Program-made: the position numbers and the translations under genes
Notes under the pieces: generated by a model
The model's input: only the letters and a program-made list of their open reading frames with translations
Databases searched by the model: none
Told to the model about the DNA's origin: nothing
Shown: piece after piece, positions 1 through 9,090 of the stretch
Layout of the letters: each line of letters opens with the position of its first letter
Numbering within the stretch: position 1 is the first letter of the stretch
From: an uncultured Planctomycetales bacterium
GTDB lineage: Bacteria > Planctomycetota > MHYJ01 > JACPRB01
Direction of reading: 5' to 3'
Length of the DNA stretch: 64,000 nucleotides
Assembly: GCA_964526305.1 (NCBI GenBank)
Contig: CAZGKV010000002.1
Location: forward strand, 9,599 to 73,598

Positions 1-167
1 CATTGTGTCGGCATCTTGGGAAGCGCCTCCCGCTCGCGGGCTTGGATTCCGAGGAGTCGCTCGAATCGACTTTGATGATCCGATTCCTCGGCCTCTTGCC
101 GGCGCAAGAAGTCGGCGACCTCCGGAGGCGCGTCGGGGAGAGCCGCCCGGAGGGCGTACTTAGCCAT
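1..167 (-). CDS. hypothetical protein (5' part only; gene runs off the window start)
   Basis: Minus-strand ATG at 167 opens a frame (MAKYALRAALPDAPPEVADFLRRQEAEESDHQSRFERLLGIQAREREALPKMPTQ...) that continues past position 1. It is absent from the ORF track because there is no stop inside the window. No family recognised. Confidence 0.25.
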   Translation of the reverse strand, partial: MAKYALRAALPDAPPEVADFLRRQEAEESDHQSRFERLLGIQAREREALPKMPTQ

Positions 168-830
168 GGACTCGGCGCGAAGGAAGCGCTCGAGGATGGC
201 GCGGGTCAGGTCGGTTCCAGGTTCCAAGTTTCAGGTTCCACAGTAAAGCGGGCGGCTCTGTCGTCCTCATCCCTGCGAGAAGGGGGAACGTGAGTATACC
301 GTTCCGCCTCCCGGTACGCTTCTGCGAGAAGATCTGGGATCGTGCGCAATGGCAGAAGCGAGCCCCCCGGAATCCGGCGCCATCCGCAGAGCGGGGATGG
401 AGTCATGATGATGCGCCAAGCCTCCGTGGGGGAGGTTTTATCGCCAGGCAATGCCGCGGGAAGCGCCCTGGCGCTGCGCATGGATTCGAAGGAGGAATCC
501 CGATGAGCAATCGAAGCGGCATTCGCTCCGGGACGATCGACGGATGCAGCAATGCTCCAGACTCCAGCTAGACGGACAAGGTAGTCTTCCGTTGCTCCGT
601 TCAAGCAAACTTCCATCGATGAGTCGAGGAAGGGGACAACAAAAGTGAAACTGCGAACCGACCTCCGGGCCGGGAAAAGCAAGCATGATGCCAAGATGAA
701 TCAGCCGAGAAGGAGAACCCGCCGTGAAGATTCGAAGCGCGATTCCATGCGGAGATACAAGCAAGGGCATCATCGATTCGATTGGGAGATGACGTTTGAC
801 CAAGGAGTGCCGCAACTCAACTTCTCGCGT

Positions 831-847
831 TTCGTGCTAGACTGTCT
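831..847 (+). promoter_or_regulatory. 17-nt motif TTCGTGCTAGACTGTCT, copy 1 (second copy at 1369-1385)
   Basis: The same 17-mer with one mismatch (TTCGTGCTAGACTATCT) recurs at 1369-1385, 8 nt upstream of the kinase ATG at 1394. This copy lies about 52 nt upstream of the lipoprotein ATG at 900. Candidate shared promoter or operator element. Confidence 0.35.
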
Positions 848-899
848 CACGGCCCTAGGAAGATGAGCCCAAAGATCCCCGCGATGGAAGGGAGGCGGA

Positions 900-1310
900 A
901 TGAACCGACCGTGGACATTCTTACTGTTGCTCGTGTCAGGCTGTGCCTCGTCCCCCGAACCCGATCCGGCGACGACCGCGGCGGGGACGAATCGTATCTG
1001 GGTTCAGGTTCAGCAGGGCAGCCGGACGCTCGGCAGCGGCACCGTGGATCGGAACAAGCCCATCACGATCGCACAGACGGAAGGCGCCATCGACGCCGCG
1101 GTCGCGAGCGTCAGCTCCAAGAGCGTCCGAGATGCGGCGAAAACGCCGGCGGAAAACTTGAAGAAGAAAGTCCGCGGGGTGCGCGGCAAGGGGATCTCCA
1201 GCAGTGGCGACGGGGTGTTCCGCGAGACGTTCAAGGCGAAGGAAGACGGGAAGGAGAAAACATTTCGAATCGACTTGGGCAACGCTGGAAAGGACAACTG
1301 CAAGGAGTGA
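900..1310 (+). CDS. small secreted lipoprotein, hypothetical
   Basis: N-terminal signal peptide with lipobox (MNRPWTFLLLLVSGCASS). SD-like GGAGGCGGA 6 nt upstream. Lys/Gly-rich mature part. No family recognised. Confidence 0.45.
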   Translation: MNRPWTFLLLLVSGCASSPEPDPATTAAGTNRIWVQVQQGSRTLGSGTVDRNKPITIAQTEGAIDAAVASVSSKSVRDAAKTPAENLKKKVRGVRGKGISSSGDGVFRETFKAKEDGKEKTFRIDLGNAGKDNCKE

Positions 1311-1368
1311 AGCCACCCCGGCCATCGATTACCCGGATCTATAGGAGGAATTGTCCCTCCCTCCCCCC

Positions 1369-1385
1369 TTCGTGCTAGACTATCT
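1369..1385 (+). promoter_or_regulatory. 17-nt motif TTCGTGCTAGACTATCT, copy 2, immediately upstream of the kinase start
   Basis: Matches 831-847 at 16/17 positions. It ends 8 nt before ATG 1394 with no SD in between, so possibly a -10-containing element of a leaderless or short-leader transcript. Confidence 0.35.
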
Positions 1386-1393
1386 TCAGACCC

Positions 1394-4300
1394 ATGGAAG
1401 ATGCTCCAAAGGAAAACGTCCCGGACGATCTCCGCGCCGCGCGTCGCGCCCTTGAAATGGGGCTCCTCGGCGAAACCGATTTCGAGACGGTCGTCCAGGA
1501 ACTGAAGAAGGGGCCGTCACAACTTCTGGCCACGGTGCTCCGCGAGGTCAAAGCGAATTCGAAGGGAGAGGATACTTCCGACACCACGGTGCCCGCTCGA
1601 TCCCTTCCCCCTCGGATCGGTAAGTACGAGATCCAGTCCGAATTGGGTCGGGGCGGAATGGGGGTCGTCTACAAGGCCTTCGACCCGAGCCTGGGGCGCA
1701 CGGTGGCCGTCAAGTGCCTCCTCGACTCCGCCGAACCCGAAATGGTGAAGAGATTCGAGCGCGAGGCGCGGACGGTCGCGAGACTCTCCCATCCGAACAT
1801 CGTCCCCATTTACGAAGTCGGCGTGGAGGGAGATCGCCGGTTCATCGCCATGGAGTTCGTGGAAGGTACTCCGCTCGATCGGGTGAAGCTCGATTACCAT
1901 CGCGCGGCCGAGGCCATGATCGACGTGAGCCGCGCGGTCCATTTCGCCCACCTTCACGGGATCATCCATCGCGACCTCAAGCCGCAAAACCTCATGCTCT
2001 CCAAGGACGGCCATGTCTGGGTGATGGACTTCGGCATCGCGCACCAACGGGGCGGGAAAGGCACGCTCACGGCGACGGGCGACGTCATGGGGACTCCATC
2101 CTTCATGAGCCCGGAGCAGGCCTCCGGTCGAAGTCACGAAGTGGACGCGCGAAGCGACGTGTGGAGTCTGGGAGCCACGCTCTACGCGCTCACGACCGAC
2201 CGCGCCCCGTTCCGCGGGGACACGTTGCACGCCATCCTCTTCGATATTCTCTCCACCGACCCCGTGCGGCCTCGTGCGGTGCGCGGCGACGTTCCGGTGG
2301 ATCTCGAGACGATCACCCTCAAGTGCCTGGAAAAGGACCCTGCCCGCCGTTACCTCTCGGCCGGGGAGCTTGCGGACGATCTCCGGCGATGGCTCGACGG
2401 CGACTCCATCAAGGCGCGCCCTGCATCCGTGGCGTATCGGATCCGAAAATCGCTCGCGAAACGGAAGGCGGTCGTCGCCGCCTTGGGGCTCGGATTCGTC
2501 GCGCTCGTCGTGGCGCTGGTGTTCCTCCTTCCGAGGCTCTCTGAGACCGAGCGGAAACTCTCGGAAACCGAGCAGCAGCGGCAGGCGGGGCGGGCGAAGC
2601 TCTCGGATGCCGAAGCGGAACTCCAACTGTGGAGTCGCATCGCCACCGTCCAAGCGGAGGCGGAACGACTGGCGCGAGTCGGGGAGACGAAGAGGGGAGC
2701 GAAACGCCTGGAGGAGGGGATCTCGATCTGCCGCGAAGTGCTCGCCCGCCACGAATTCGCCGCCGGGCGCTTCTTCCTCGGGAGGCTGCTCTACCAGCGG
2801 GGAAGCGGAGACGAGGCGCTGGCCGAACTCGATCGGGCTCTCGAGATGGATCCGCAGCTCGGCGAAGCCAGCGTGTGCCGAGGCATTCTGTTGGCGCGAC
2901 AGTACGAGGATCGACTCGGAGGGCTGGAGCGCGGCTTTGTCGCCGCGATCCCCGTGCGCGACGGTCGCGAGCTCGAGGAACTGGATCCCGTTCTCAAGGA
3001 TCTTCGAAGTCGTATCGAGAAGGACCTTTCCGTGTCCGTCGGCCGGAGCGCGTATTTCACGGAGGTGGAGAAGGCGTATCATCGGGGCGAGTTTCATCGG
3101 ATCCGAGGCGAGTGGGACAAGGCGACCAAGCTCTACCGCCGGATGCTCTCCCTGGATCCCGCTCAGACCGGGGCGCGGCTGGCCCTTGCCTGGATCGCCC
3201 GAATGGAGCGACGACTCGACGAGGCGCTGCAGGAACTGGACAAAGCCATCGATCACGATCGCGGTTCCTGGACGGCCTACTACGTCCGGAGCGGCGTGTA
3301 TCACGACCGGGTGGAAGCGGATCCCTATCACGCGGAGTCCGCGACGTGGCGCACGCGCTCGCTCGAAGACATCGAACGCGCCCTGAAGCTCAAGGACGAG
3401 TCCGACCCCGTCCTCCTCAACAATCGAGCCATTCTTCGCTTGGAGATGGGAAACGTGGGGGGAGCGCGGGAAGACCTCCAGCGCGCGCGGGGCCGGAGCC
3501 CCAATCTCGCCCTGGCGCACGGGAATTTCGGAAACGTCGCCAAGCGGCTGGGAGACTCGAGCGCGGCGCGCGGCGATCGTCGCGAAGCGATCGCGCATTG
3601 GAAGGAAGCCGTAGAGAGTTTCGACAAGGCCCTGAGCCTGGAGCCCGGTCTCATCGGCGCCTATCTGAACCGCGCCGACTTGCGGCGCTCCTTCGGCGAT
3701 TTCGCTGGTGCGACCGAAGACGCGCAGCGCGCCATGGCGATCCCCTCGCTGGCTCCCGATGTCCACTTCGTTCTGGGGAAGATCTTCCAGGACCAGGGAG
3801 AATTCACCCGGGCGATCGAACAATTCCGCAAGGCTCTGGCGAAACGGAATCGATTCCCCCATGCCTTGGTAGAGTGCGCTGCGGCCCTCCATCGGCGCGG
3901 AGCCTCCCAAGTCCCCCCTCAAACGGCGTGGGACGACTGGGAGCAAGCGCTCCGGGATTGCGCGGAGGCGCTGTCGATTCGGCCGCGATTCCCCGAAGCG
4001 TTCGGCGTTCGTGGAAACGTCCTCCGCGCGCGGGGCGATCTTCTTCAGGGCTCCAAGCCGGCCGAGGCGCTCCTCGAGCTCGATTCCGCGTTGAAGGACT
4101 ATGGCTCGTCGCTGGAACTGGATCCGAATCTCGTGGATTCCTACAACAATCGCGGGGCTACGTACCACACCCGAGGATTCGTTCTCCAGAAACTCGGCCG
4201 AGGCGAAGATGCGCTGGCCAGTTGGGACGCGGCGATCGAGGACTACGGTCGCGCCCTCGCGAAGGCTCCGGAGCACCGAGGGGCTCTGGAGAATCGGATT

Positions 4301-4762
4301 CGAGCCGCGTACCTTCGTGGGAAGAGAGGCCGGAAGGAGGACTTCAAGACGGCTCTCGAGGACGCTACGCGTTTGATCGGACTCGAACCGAATCTCGAAT
4401 CCGGGTATCTGCTTCGGAGCGTGGTGCGGAAGGACACCGGCGATTCCAAAGGCGCGCTTGAGGATCTCGGAGAAGCGGTCCGGATCAATCCCAAGAACGC
4501 GGCGGCGTTCCACACGCGAGGGGGCCTGCGATACGGGACGGGTGACCTCAAAGGAGCGATCGAGGAGTACACGAAGGCGTTGGAGGCGGACGGCCAGTAC
4601 CATTTCTCCCTCGAGAATCGTGGGATTTGCTACATGAAGCTCCGCCGATTCCCCGAAGCGATCGCCGATTTCGAGAAGGCGCTCGCGATCGGGCCGAAAG
4701 AGTGGGAAGATCGCACTCGCATCCAGGGATGGATCGAGATGCTGAAAAAGGCCTCTCGATGA
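1394..4762 (+). CDS. Ser/Thr protein kinase with single TM helix and long C-terminal TPR-repeat region
   Basis: Hanks kinase motifs GRGGMGVVYKA, VAVK, HRDLKPQNLML, DFG, SPE. TM segment AVVAALGLGFVALVVALVFLL. At least 10 TPR-like repeats downstream (LGEASVCRGILLARQ, AYLNRADLRRSFGDFAGA, SYNNRGATYH, AAFHTRGGLRYGTGDLKGAIEEY, HFSLENRGICYMKL). Confidence 0.9.
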   Translation: MEDAPKENVPDDLRAARRALEMGLLGETDFETVVQELKKGPSQLLATVLREVKANSKGEDTSDTTVPARSLPPRIGKYEIQSELGRGGMGVVYKAFDPSLGRTVAVKCLLDSAEPEMVKRFEREARTVARLSHPNIVPIYEVGVEGDRRFIAMEFVEGTPLDRVKLDYHRAAEAMIDVSRAVHFAHLHGIIHRDLKPQNLMLSKDGHVWVMDFGIAHQRGGKGTLTATGDVMGTPSFMSPEQASGRSHEVDARSDVWSLGATLYALTTDRAPFRGDTLHAILFDILSTDPVRPRAVRGDVPVDLETITLKCLEKDPARRYLSAGELADDLRRWLDGDSIKARPASVAYRIRKSLAKRKAVVAALGLGFVALVVALVFLLPRLSETERKLSETEQQRQAGRAKLSDAEAELQLWSRIATVQAEAERLARVGETKRGAKRLEEGISICREVLARHEFAAGRFFLGRLLYQRGSGDEALAELDRALEMDPQLGEASVCRGILLARQYEDRLGGLERGFVAAIPVRDGRELEELDPVLKDLRSRIEKDLSVSVGRSAYFTEVEKAYHRGEFHRIRGEWDKATKLYRRMLSLDPAQTGARLALAWIARMERRLDEALQELDKAIDHDRGSWTAYYVRSGVYHDRVEADPYHAESATWRTRSLEDIERALKLKDESDPVLLNNRAILRLEMGNVGGAREDLQRARGRSPNLALAHGNFGNVAKRLGDSSAARGDRREAIAHWKEAVESFDKALSLEPGLIGAYLNRADLRRSFGDFAGATEDAQRAMAIPSLAPDVHFVLGKIFQDQGEFTRAIEQFRKALAKRNRFPHALVECAAALHRRGASQVPPQTAWDDWEQALRDCAEALSIRPRFPEAFGVRGNVLRARGDLLQGSKPAEALLELDSALKDYGSSLELDPNLVDSYNNRGATYHTRGFVLQKLGRGEDALASWDAAIEDYGRALAKAPEHRGALENRIRAAYLRGKRGRKEDFKTALEDATRLIGLEPNLESGYLLRSVVRKDTGDSKGALEDLGEAVRINPKNAAAFHTRGGLRYGTGDLKGAIEEYTKALEADGQYHFSLENRGICYMKLRRFPEAIADFEKALAIGPKEWEDRTRIQGWIEMLKKASR

Positions 4763-5640
4763 GCGAGTTCGCCTTCACGGTGGTCGAGCCCAACGGCCGG
4801 CAGTCGGCGCAACTTCTCGATGTCATGGTCCCCGTCGCGGAGATCGTTCGTCGCCTGGTCGCGCTCTTGGGTTGGCCCGAGGAACTCCACTACCGGCTCG
4901 TGTCCGATGCCACGGGTGAAGAGCTTGAAGGCGGAGTCGCCTTGGCCGCGGCCGGAGTCGGACCCGGCGAGGTCCTCCATCTGGAGGTAATCCGGGACGC
5001 CTGGCTAAAGAAGCTCCTGGATCGGCTCAGGGACGAAGCTCGGGACTACGCGCGCGACCAGGTCTGGGACATGGTCCAGGAACGGTTGGACCGGATCGAG
5101 AGCATCGAGCCGGATTATCCAGGCTTGGAGGACTTGCGCGGAGGGATCGGATCTTCTCCAGCCGCGCCGTTGCCTCCGGCGAAAACGTCCCCCGCGGGTG
5201 TGGGGGGATGTTTCGTCCTCTTGGCCGTCGGGGCGGTCATCGCGGTGGCGACGCAGTGGAAGCCGATCTCCGGGTGGGTGAAGAAGTTGTGGGGGACCCA
5301 CGAGCCGGTGAAGGGGGCGGAGGGAACAATCTCGGCTGGAGCCGGGGGACGCATCGAAATCGTCGATCACAACTCGGTCCTCGATTTCGCGTACCGGCTC
5401 TATCTCAACGGCAAGCTCGTGGGGGACGTGCGCAATCCCGCTGGGGGAACGACGTCCTACCCGGTGACGTTCGCCGAGGGCAGGAATCTCGTGGAACTGC
5501 GGTATCTGGACGGGAATGCGGCACGGGACACCCGCCTCATCATCCGGATCAACGCCGGAGAATTCGCGCGAGAGTTCTCCGATAACGGCACGGGGGAGCG
5601 CAAGTCGTTCCAATGGTTGCTCGAAGGGATGCGGAAGTAA
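4759..5640 (+). CDS. membrane protein with N-terminal ubiquitin-like (YukD/EsaB/EccD-N-like beta-grasp) domain, TM helix and C-terminal beta-rich domain
   Basis: ATGA overlap with the kinase stop (ATG 4759 chosen rather than the out-of-context ATG 4627 of the track). N-terminus FAFTVVEPNGRQSAQLLDVMVPVAEIVRRLVALLGWP...GEVLHLEV resembles YukD-type Ubl folds (inference). TM GGCFVLLAVGAVIAVATQW. Confidence 0.6.
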   Translation: MSEFAFTVVEPNGRQSAQLLDVMVPVAEIVRRLVALLGWPEELHYRLVSDATGEELEGGVALAAAGVGPGEVLHLEVIRDAWLKKLLDRLRDEARDYARDQVWDMVQERLDRIESIEPDYPGLEDLRGGIGSSPAAPLPPAKTSPAGVGGCFVLLAVGAVIAVATQWKPISGWVKKLWGTHEPVKGAEGTISAGAGGRIEIVDHNSVLDFAYRLYLNGKLVGDVRNPAGGTTSYPVTFAEGRNLVELRYLDGNAARDTRLIIRINAGEFAREFSDNGTGERKSFQWLLEGMRK

Positions 5641-5811
5641 TCACTCCGGCTCGACCGACACCTCGACCGTTCCGTCGCGACGAGATCGAATCCGAACCCG
5701 CCACGGGCGGCAGCACACCGGGCAATCCATCGAGAATTCCCCGTTCTCGACCGCGACGGTACTGGGCTCGCCGCAGTACGGACATACGACTTCGACCTCG
5801 TCGTCGATCAT
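5641..5811 (-). CDS. CPXCG-motif cysteine-rich small protein (56 aa)
   Basis: Not in the ORF track (<60 aa). Minus-strand ATG at 5811 gives MIDDEVEVVCPYCGEPSTVAVENGEFSMDCPVCCRPWRVRIRSRRDGTVEVSVEPE* with stop at 5641-5643. C-P-Y-C-G and C-P-V-C-C pairs are typical of the conserved CPXCG small zinc-ribbon family. Convergent with the upstream gene. Confidence 0.55.
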   Translation of the reverse strand: MIDDEVEVVCPYCGEPSTVAVENGEFSMDCPVCCRPWRVRIRSRRDGTVEVSVEPE

Positions 5812-5834
5812 CCGCTGAAAGTGTACAATAGGGC

Positions 5835-6554
5835 GTGATCCCTGTTTGGCTGATGCTGGCTCTCCTCCAAGGGCAGGAGGAGGATCACATTCAGATCGTC
5901 CTCTCCGGGTACGCCGGTCTTGCCGTTACCCCGAGGGCCGATCTTACGCTGGAGCGCGCGGGCGGCACAAATCTGACCTTCCGCGACGTGGCCTGGGAAG
6001 ACGCGTCGTTTCGATCGCCTCAATACTACGGATTGCGGCTCGGCGTATTCCTCGGGCGGCGCTCCCCGTGGGGACTGATGCTCGATTTCACGCACGCGAA
6101 GATCATCGCGGAGGATGACGAGGAAGTAGCGGTCGTCGGAACCAGGGACGGCGCGGCGGTCGACGCGGACGAGCGAATCGATCGGACGCTGGAGTCGCTC
6201 GACATCACTCATGGCCTGAACTTTCTTACCGTGAATATCGTGCACCGGTGGCTGTTCGATCCCGAGACGTTTTTGGGCAGATTTGAGCCCTATGTGGGAG
6301 CCGGCGGCGGAATCGCCATTCCTCACGTCGAAGCCTCCATCGGCGGAGAGTCCGACCACGGCTATCAAACCGACGGCCCCGCGTTCCAGGCGCTCGCGGG
6401 TCTGTCCGCGACGCTCGTCGGTCCGCTGGCGGTGTTCGTGGAATACAAGATCTCCGTCGCTTTTCTGAATCGTCTCGAGGTGCCCGGCGGAACGATCTCG
6501 CTGGAGCCATGGACGCATCACCTTGTGGTGGGGATTTCCCTGCGGATCTGGTAG
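5835..6554 (+). CDS. outer-membrane beta-barrel protein (OmpW/PagL-like)
   Basis: N-terminal hydrophobic signal-like segment MIPVWLMLALLQ, alternating amphipathic beta-strand pattern, and a C-terminal aromatic residue (…VGISLRIW). Family assignment is inference. Confidence 0.55.
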   Translation: MIPVWLMLALLQGQEEDHIQIVLSGYAGLAVTPRADLTLERAGGTNLTFRDVAWEDASFRSPQYYGLRLGVFLGRRSPWGLMLDFTHAKIIAEDDEEVAVVGTRDGAAVDADERIDRTLESLDITHGLNFLTVNIVHRWLFDPETFLGRFEPYVGAGGGIAIPHVEASIGGESDHGYQTDGPAFQALAGLSATLVGPLAVFVEYKISVAFLNRLEVPGGTISLEPWTHHLVVGISLRIW

Positions 6555-6578
6555 GCGGAACGGCCGATACTTCCTACG

Positions 6579-7301
6579 ATGGTGCTGGCCCTTGTCTGGA
6601 TGCTCCTCGGAGACGAGGAGGAATTGGCCAAACTCCTCTCGGAAAAGGACGACGCGGTCCGGGCCCGCAATGAGGCGGCGATTCTCGCACGCGGATCGGA
6701 GGCCCTCCCCGCTCTCGACTCGATTGCGCTCAAGGGAGAGGACACCATTCGCGGCCGCGCGTCGGCGCTCAAAGGCAGGATCGCCGAGAACGGCGCCGAG
6801 GCGGGGCTCTCCGAACGAGAGCGGCTCCATCGCGTCCGGGTCTACTTGTACCCGTCCTCGTGCCTCTGTTGCGAATCTCGGCTCCGAGGATTGGAGGCGG
6901 CCGCGCGGCGCCTGAGCGACATGGGGGATGTCCTGGCCGTGCACGCGGGACGCGCGCGTCTTCCCCCGCGCCGGGAGGGCGAGGCCTACGTCCTCTCCGT
7001 CTTCGTACGGCAGGGCGCGCCCGTCGTCCTTCGACCGATCGCGAGGATCTTGGGAGAAACGCTCCGACACGGGGGAGTCGGCGCCGGAGACGCCGCGCTT
7101 CCGGCATCGATCTTTGCGGAGGCGGACGTGCTGGTCGAGGCTTGGGGTGCCGCGCAAGCCCGATTCGTGGAGACCCCGGCGGGACAGCGGTTCCCGACGT
7201 CGGATCCGGATGCGAGAGGATCGGCTCGCGTGCTTCTTCGACTGCGCGGATTCGACCGGGAACCCGGGGGAAAACCGCCTATTCCGCGGCCCCGTTCTTG
7301 A
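6579..7301 (+). CDS. hypothetical protein (HEAT-like N-terminal repeats)
   Basis: Long ORF in a coding-like frame (DDAVRARNEAAILARGSEALPAL). No motif recognised. Convergent 22-bp overlap with the next gene. Confidence 0.4.
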   Translation: MVLALVWMLLGDEEELAKLLSEKDDAVRARNEAAILARGSEALPALDSIALKGEDTIRGRASALKGRIAENGAEAGLSERERLHRVRVYLYPSSCLCCESRLRGLEAAARRLSDMGDVLAVHAGRARLPPRREGEAYVLSVFVRQGAPVVLRPIARILGETLRHGGVGAGDAALPASIFAEADVLVEAWGAAQARFVETPAGQRFPTSDPDARGSARVLLRLRGFDREPGGKPPIPRPRS

Positions 7302-8205
7302 GGATGTCGAAGGGGGTCATCTCGCGGAGCCGGCAATTCCCCAGCGGAACAATGAACGTATCCACGAAGGCGTGCTGTCCCGAGACGCATGCGTGGCTAA
7401 CCATGTCGGTAAACACCATCCACGCGGAGAAGGGCTTGAAATCGAATTGCCGGTGACCATCGGGCGTCTCTTGGAATTCCCGGCTCTCCTTCATGAAGTT
7501 GTGGAATTTCCGCATGAGCCGGTCGTAGGGAGAGGTGTCCGCCATTTTGGCGAGCGGGAAGGCGGAGGCGACCGTATCTACAAGTCCGCTATACAGTCGG
7601 TCCACCGTACCTTCCCTCAGGCGATCGGGCAACGGCCGATCCGGGCGGATGCCCGCGACCTTGCCGTACTTTCGGTAGAGTTCGGGGAACGCCCCCTTGG
7701 AGATCCAGACGCGGTCTTCGCTCGGATTGATGTTGACGAAAAACCGGAGCACCCGGTCGCCGTGCGTCGCTCCGTAGGCGCCGGCGTCGACGTGGACCAA
7801 CTCGTTGCTGGCACGTACGGACAGATTCCGGCCGCGCTCCTGGAGCGGACGGTAACTCGATGTCCCGATGAGCCACTTGTTCGCGAGCGTCGGAATCCGC
7901 TGCCGGAGGAAGGCCTGCGCCCGATCGCTGTGGGCTCGCAGGATTCGCTCCACTCTCGCGATAGCCGCGAGATCGCCCTTGGCGCCGATGATCCGTCCGG
8001 CTTCCGGATGGTAGCTGATGTTCTTGAGCTTGACGGACTTGGGCATTTCCTGCCGAAGGAACGCGAGCTCGGTTCCTTCGGGAAGTTCGATCGGACATTC
8101 CGGAAAGTAGACGATCTTTCCGTTCTCGAGCTCGTCGGAAACGGCCGTGGGTCCCGCGGATGCGAGATCGGCCGGGGTGAGCGTCGCGAGCATACGGGCG
8201 ACCAT
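7279..8205 (-). CDS. Kdo hydroxylase (KdoO)-like Fe(II)/2-oxoglutarate dioxygenase family protein
   Basis: 308 aa with a GKIVYFPECP-type N-terminus and an HVD...H candidate 2-His-1-carboxylate motif (HVDAGAYGATHGDRVLRFFVNINP), as remembered for KdoO family proteins. Family call from memory, not computed. Confidence 0.5.
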   Translation of the reverse strand: MVARMLATLTPADLASAGPTAVSDELENGKIVYFPECPIELPEGTELAFLRQEMPKSVKLKNISYHPEAGRIIGAKGDLAAIARVERILRAHSDRAQAFLRQRIPTLANKWLIGTSSYRPLQERGRNLSVRASNELVHVDAGAYGATHGDRVLRFFVNINPSEDRVWISKGAFPELYRKYGKVAGIRPDRPLPDRLREGTVDRLYSGLVDTVASAFPLAKMADTSPYDRLMRKFHNFMKESREFQETPDGHRQFDFKPFSAWMVFTDMVSHACVSGQHAFVDTFIVPLGNCRLREMTPFDILKNGAAE

Positions 8206-8260
8206 GGTAGTGAGTCCGGAGCCCGGAGTCCAGAGCGGCGACCGCCGCTTAGTTGTCGCG

Positions 8261-9022
8261 TCAGCCTTCCTTCGCGTCCTCGCGCGTGCACTTCAGCCGG
8301 AGATGGTAGTGGTTGTCGTGGTCGTTTTTCGTCGTGAAGTACTTCTCGGCGAGCTTGAGATGCTTCTCCAGGTATTCCCGTTCCGCCGGAATCCGCGATT
8401 TCAGCATCCGATCTCGAGCGTACTTGGTCAGGAGATCCTGAACCCACTCGGCCAGGATGATGAAGCGGATGTTCTCGCCGAAATACGGATTGTCGATCAT
8501 CGTGCAGACGAAGGTCCAATTGCGCTCCAGATCGAATCGGAGGTTGCCGGACTTGGCCTTTCCTTCCTTGTCGATGTCGACGATCCGGTTCCCCTGCGAG
8601 CGCCCTTTGTCGTCGCAGATGTAGAATCCGAGGTCGACATCGCGTCCTCCCTGATGGCTGATGTGGGGGCTGAGCTTGCCTCCCTCCTTGTGACCGATGT
8701 CGTACACGTGGAAGGTGCCGTCGGTCCCGTAGCGCTCCGCCATTTCGGCGCCCTGGAGCATCAGACCAAACACCATCTCGTCGGTGCCGAAGTTGGTCTT
8801 TCGGTCGGGATTGGCGACTTTGTAGCCCCAACCCTTCTTGGGCAACTCGGCCGCGTCGCGGAGCGCGGCCCTATTCGGCTCTCCCGTCGAGCAGCTCGGC
8901 GGCTTCGTTTTCCGCATCTGCTCGATCTGGCGGACGACGGCGAGATACTCGGCCGAGACCCGCCGCCTGGGGGTGTCCTGCGCGAAGGTCGCCGCGCAGA
9001 GGAGGGCGATCAGCGATTTCAT
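8261..9022 (-). CDS. mepA: penicillin-insensitive murein endopeptidase (peptidase M74, MepA family)
   Basis: Signal peptide MKSLIALLCAATFA. Metal-binding motifs HQGGRDVDL and HDNHYHLRL characteristic of MepA. Confidence 0.8.
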   Translation of the reverse strand: MKSLIALLCAATFAQDTPRRRVSAEYLAVVRQIEQMRKTKPPSCSTGEPNRAALRDAAELPKKGWGYKVANPDRKTNFGTDEMVFGLMLQGAEMAERYGTDGTFHVYDIGHKEGGKLSPHISHQGGRDVDLGFYICDDKGRSQGNRIVDIDKEGKAKSGNLRFDLERNWTFVCTMIDNPYFGENIRFIILAEWVQDLLTKYARDRMLKSRIPAEREYLEKHLKLAEKYFTTKNDHDNHYHLRLKCTREDAKEG

Positions 9023-9090
9023 GCTTTCTACGTAACGAGGGCGGAGGTTGTAACGTACATTTGGTGTCGAATCAAGAGGGAATATCCACG

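Noticed and set aside
1517-4603. 1028-aa minus-strand ORF, and also 2274-3386, 2629-4461 and 1714-2544 plus-strand ORFs, overlapping the kinase gene
   Set aside because: Arg/Pro/Gly-rich low-complexity translations typical of antisense and off-frame ORFs in high-GC DNA. The kinase frame has clear motifs.
5808-7157. 449-aa minus-strand ORF opposite the OMP and HEAT-like genes
   Set aside because: Arg-rich junk translation. It overlaps two plus-strand genes with sensible composition and signal peptides.
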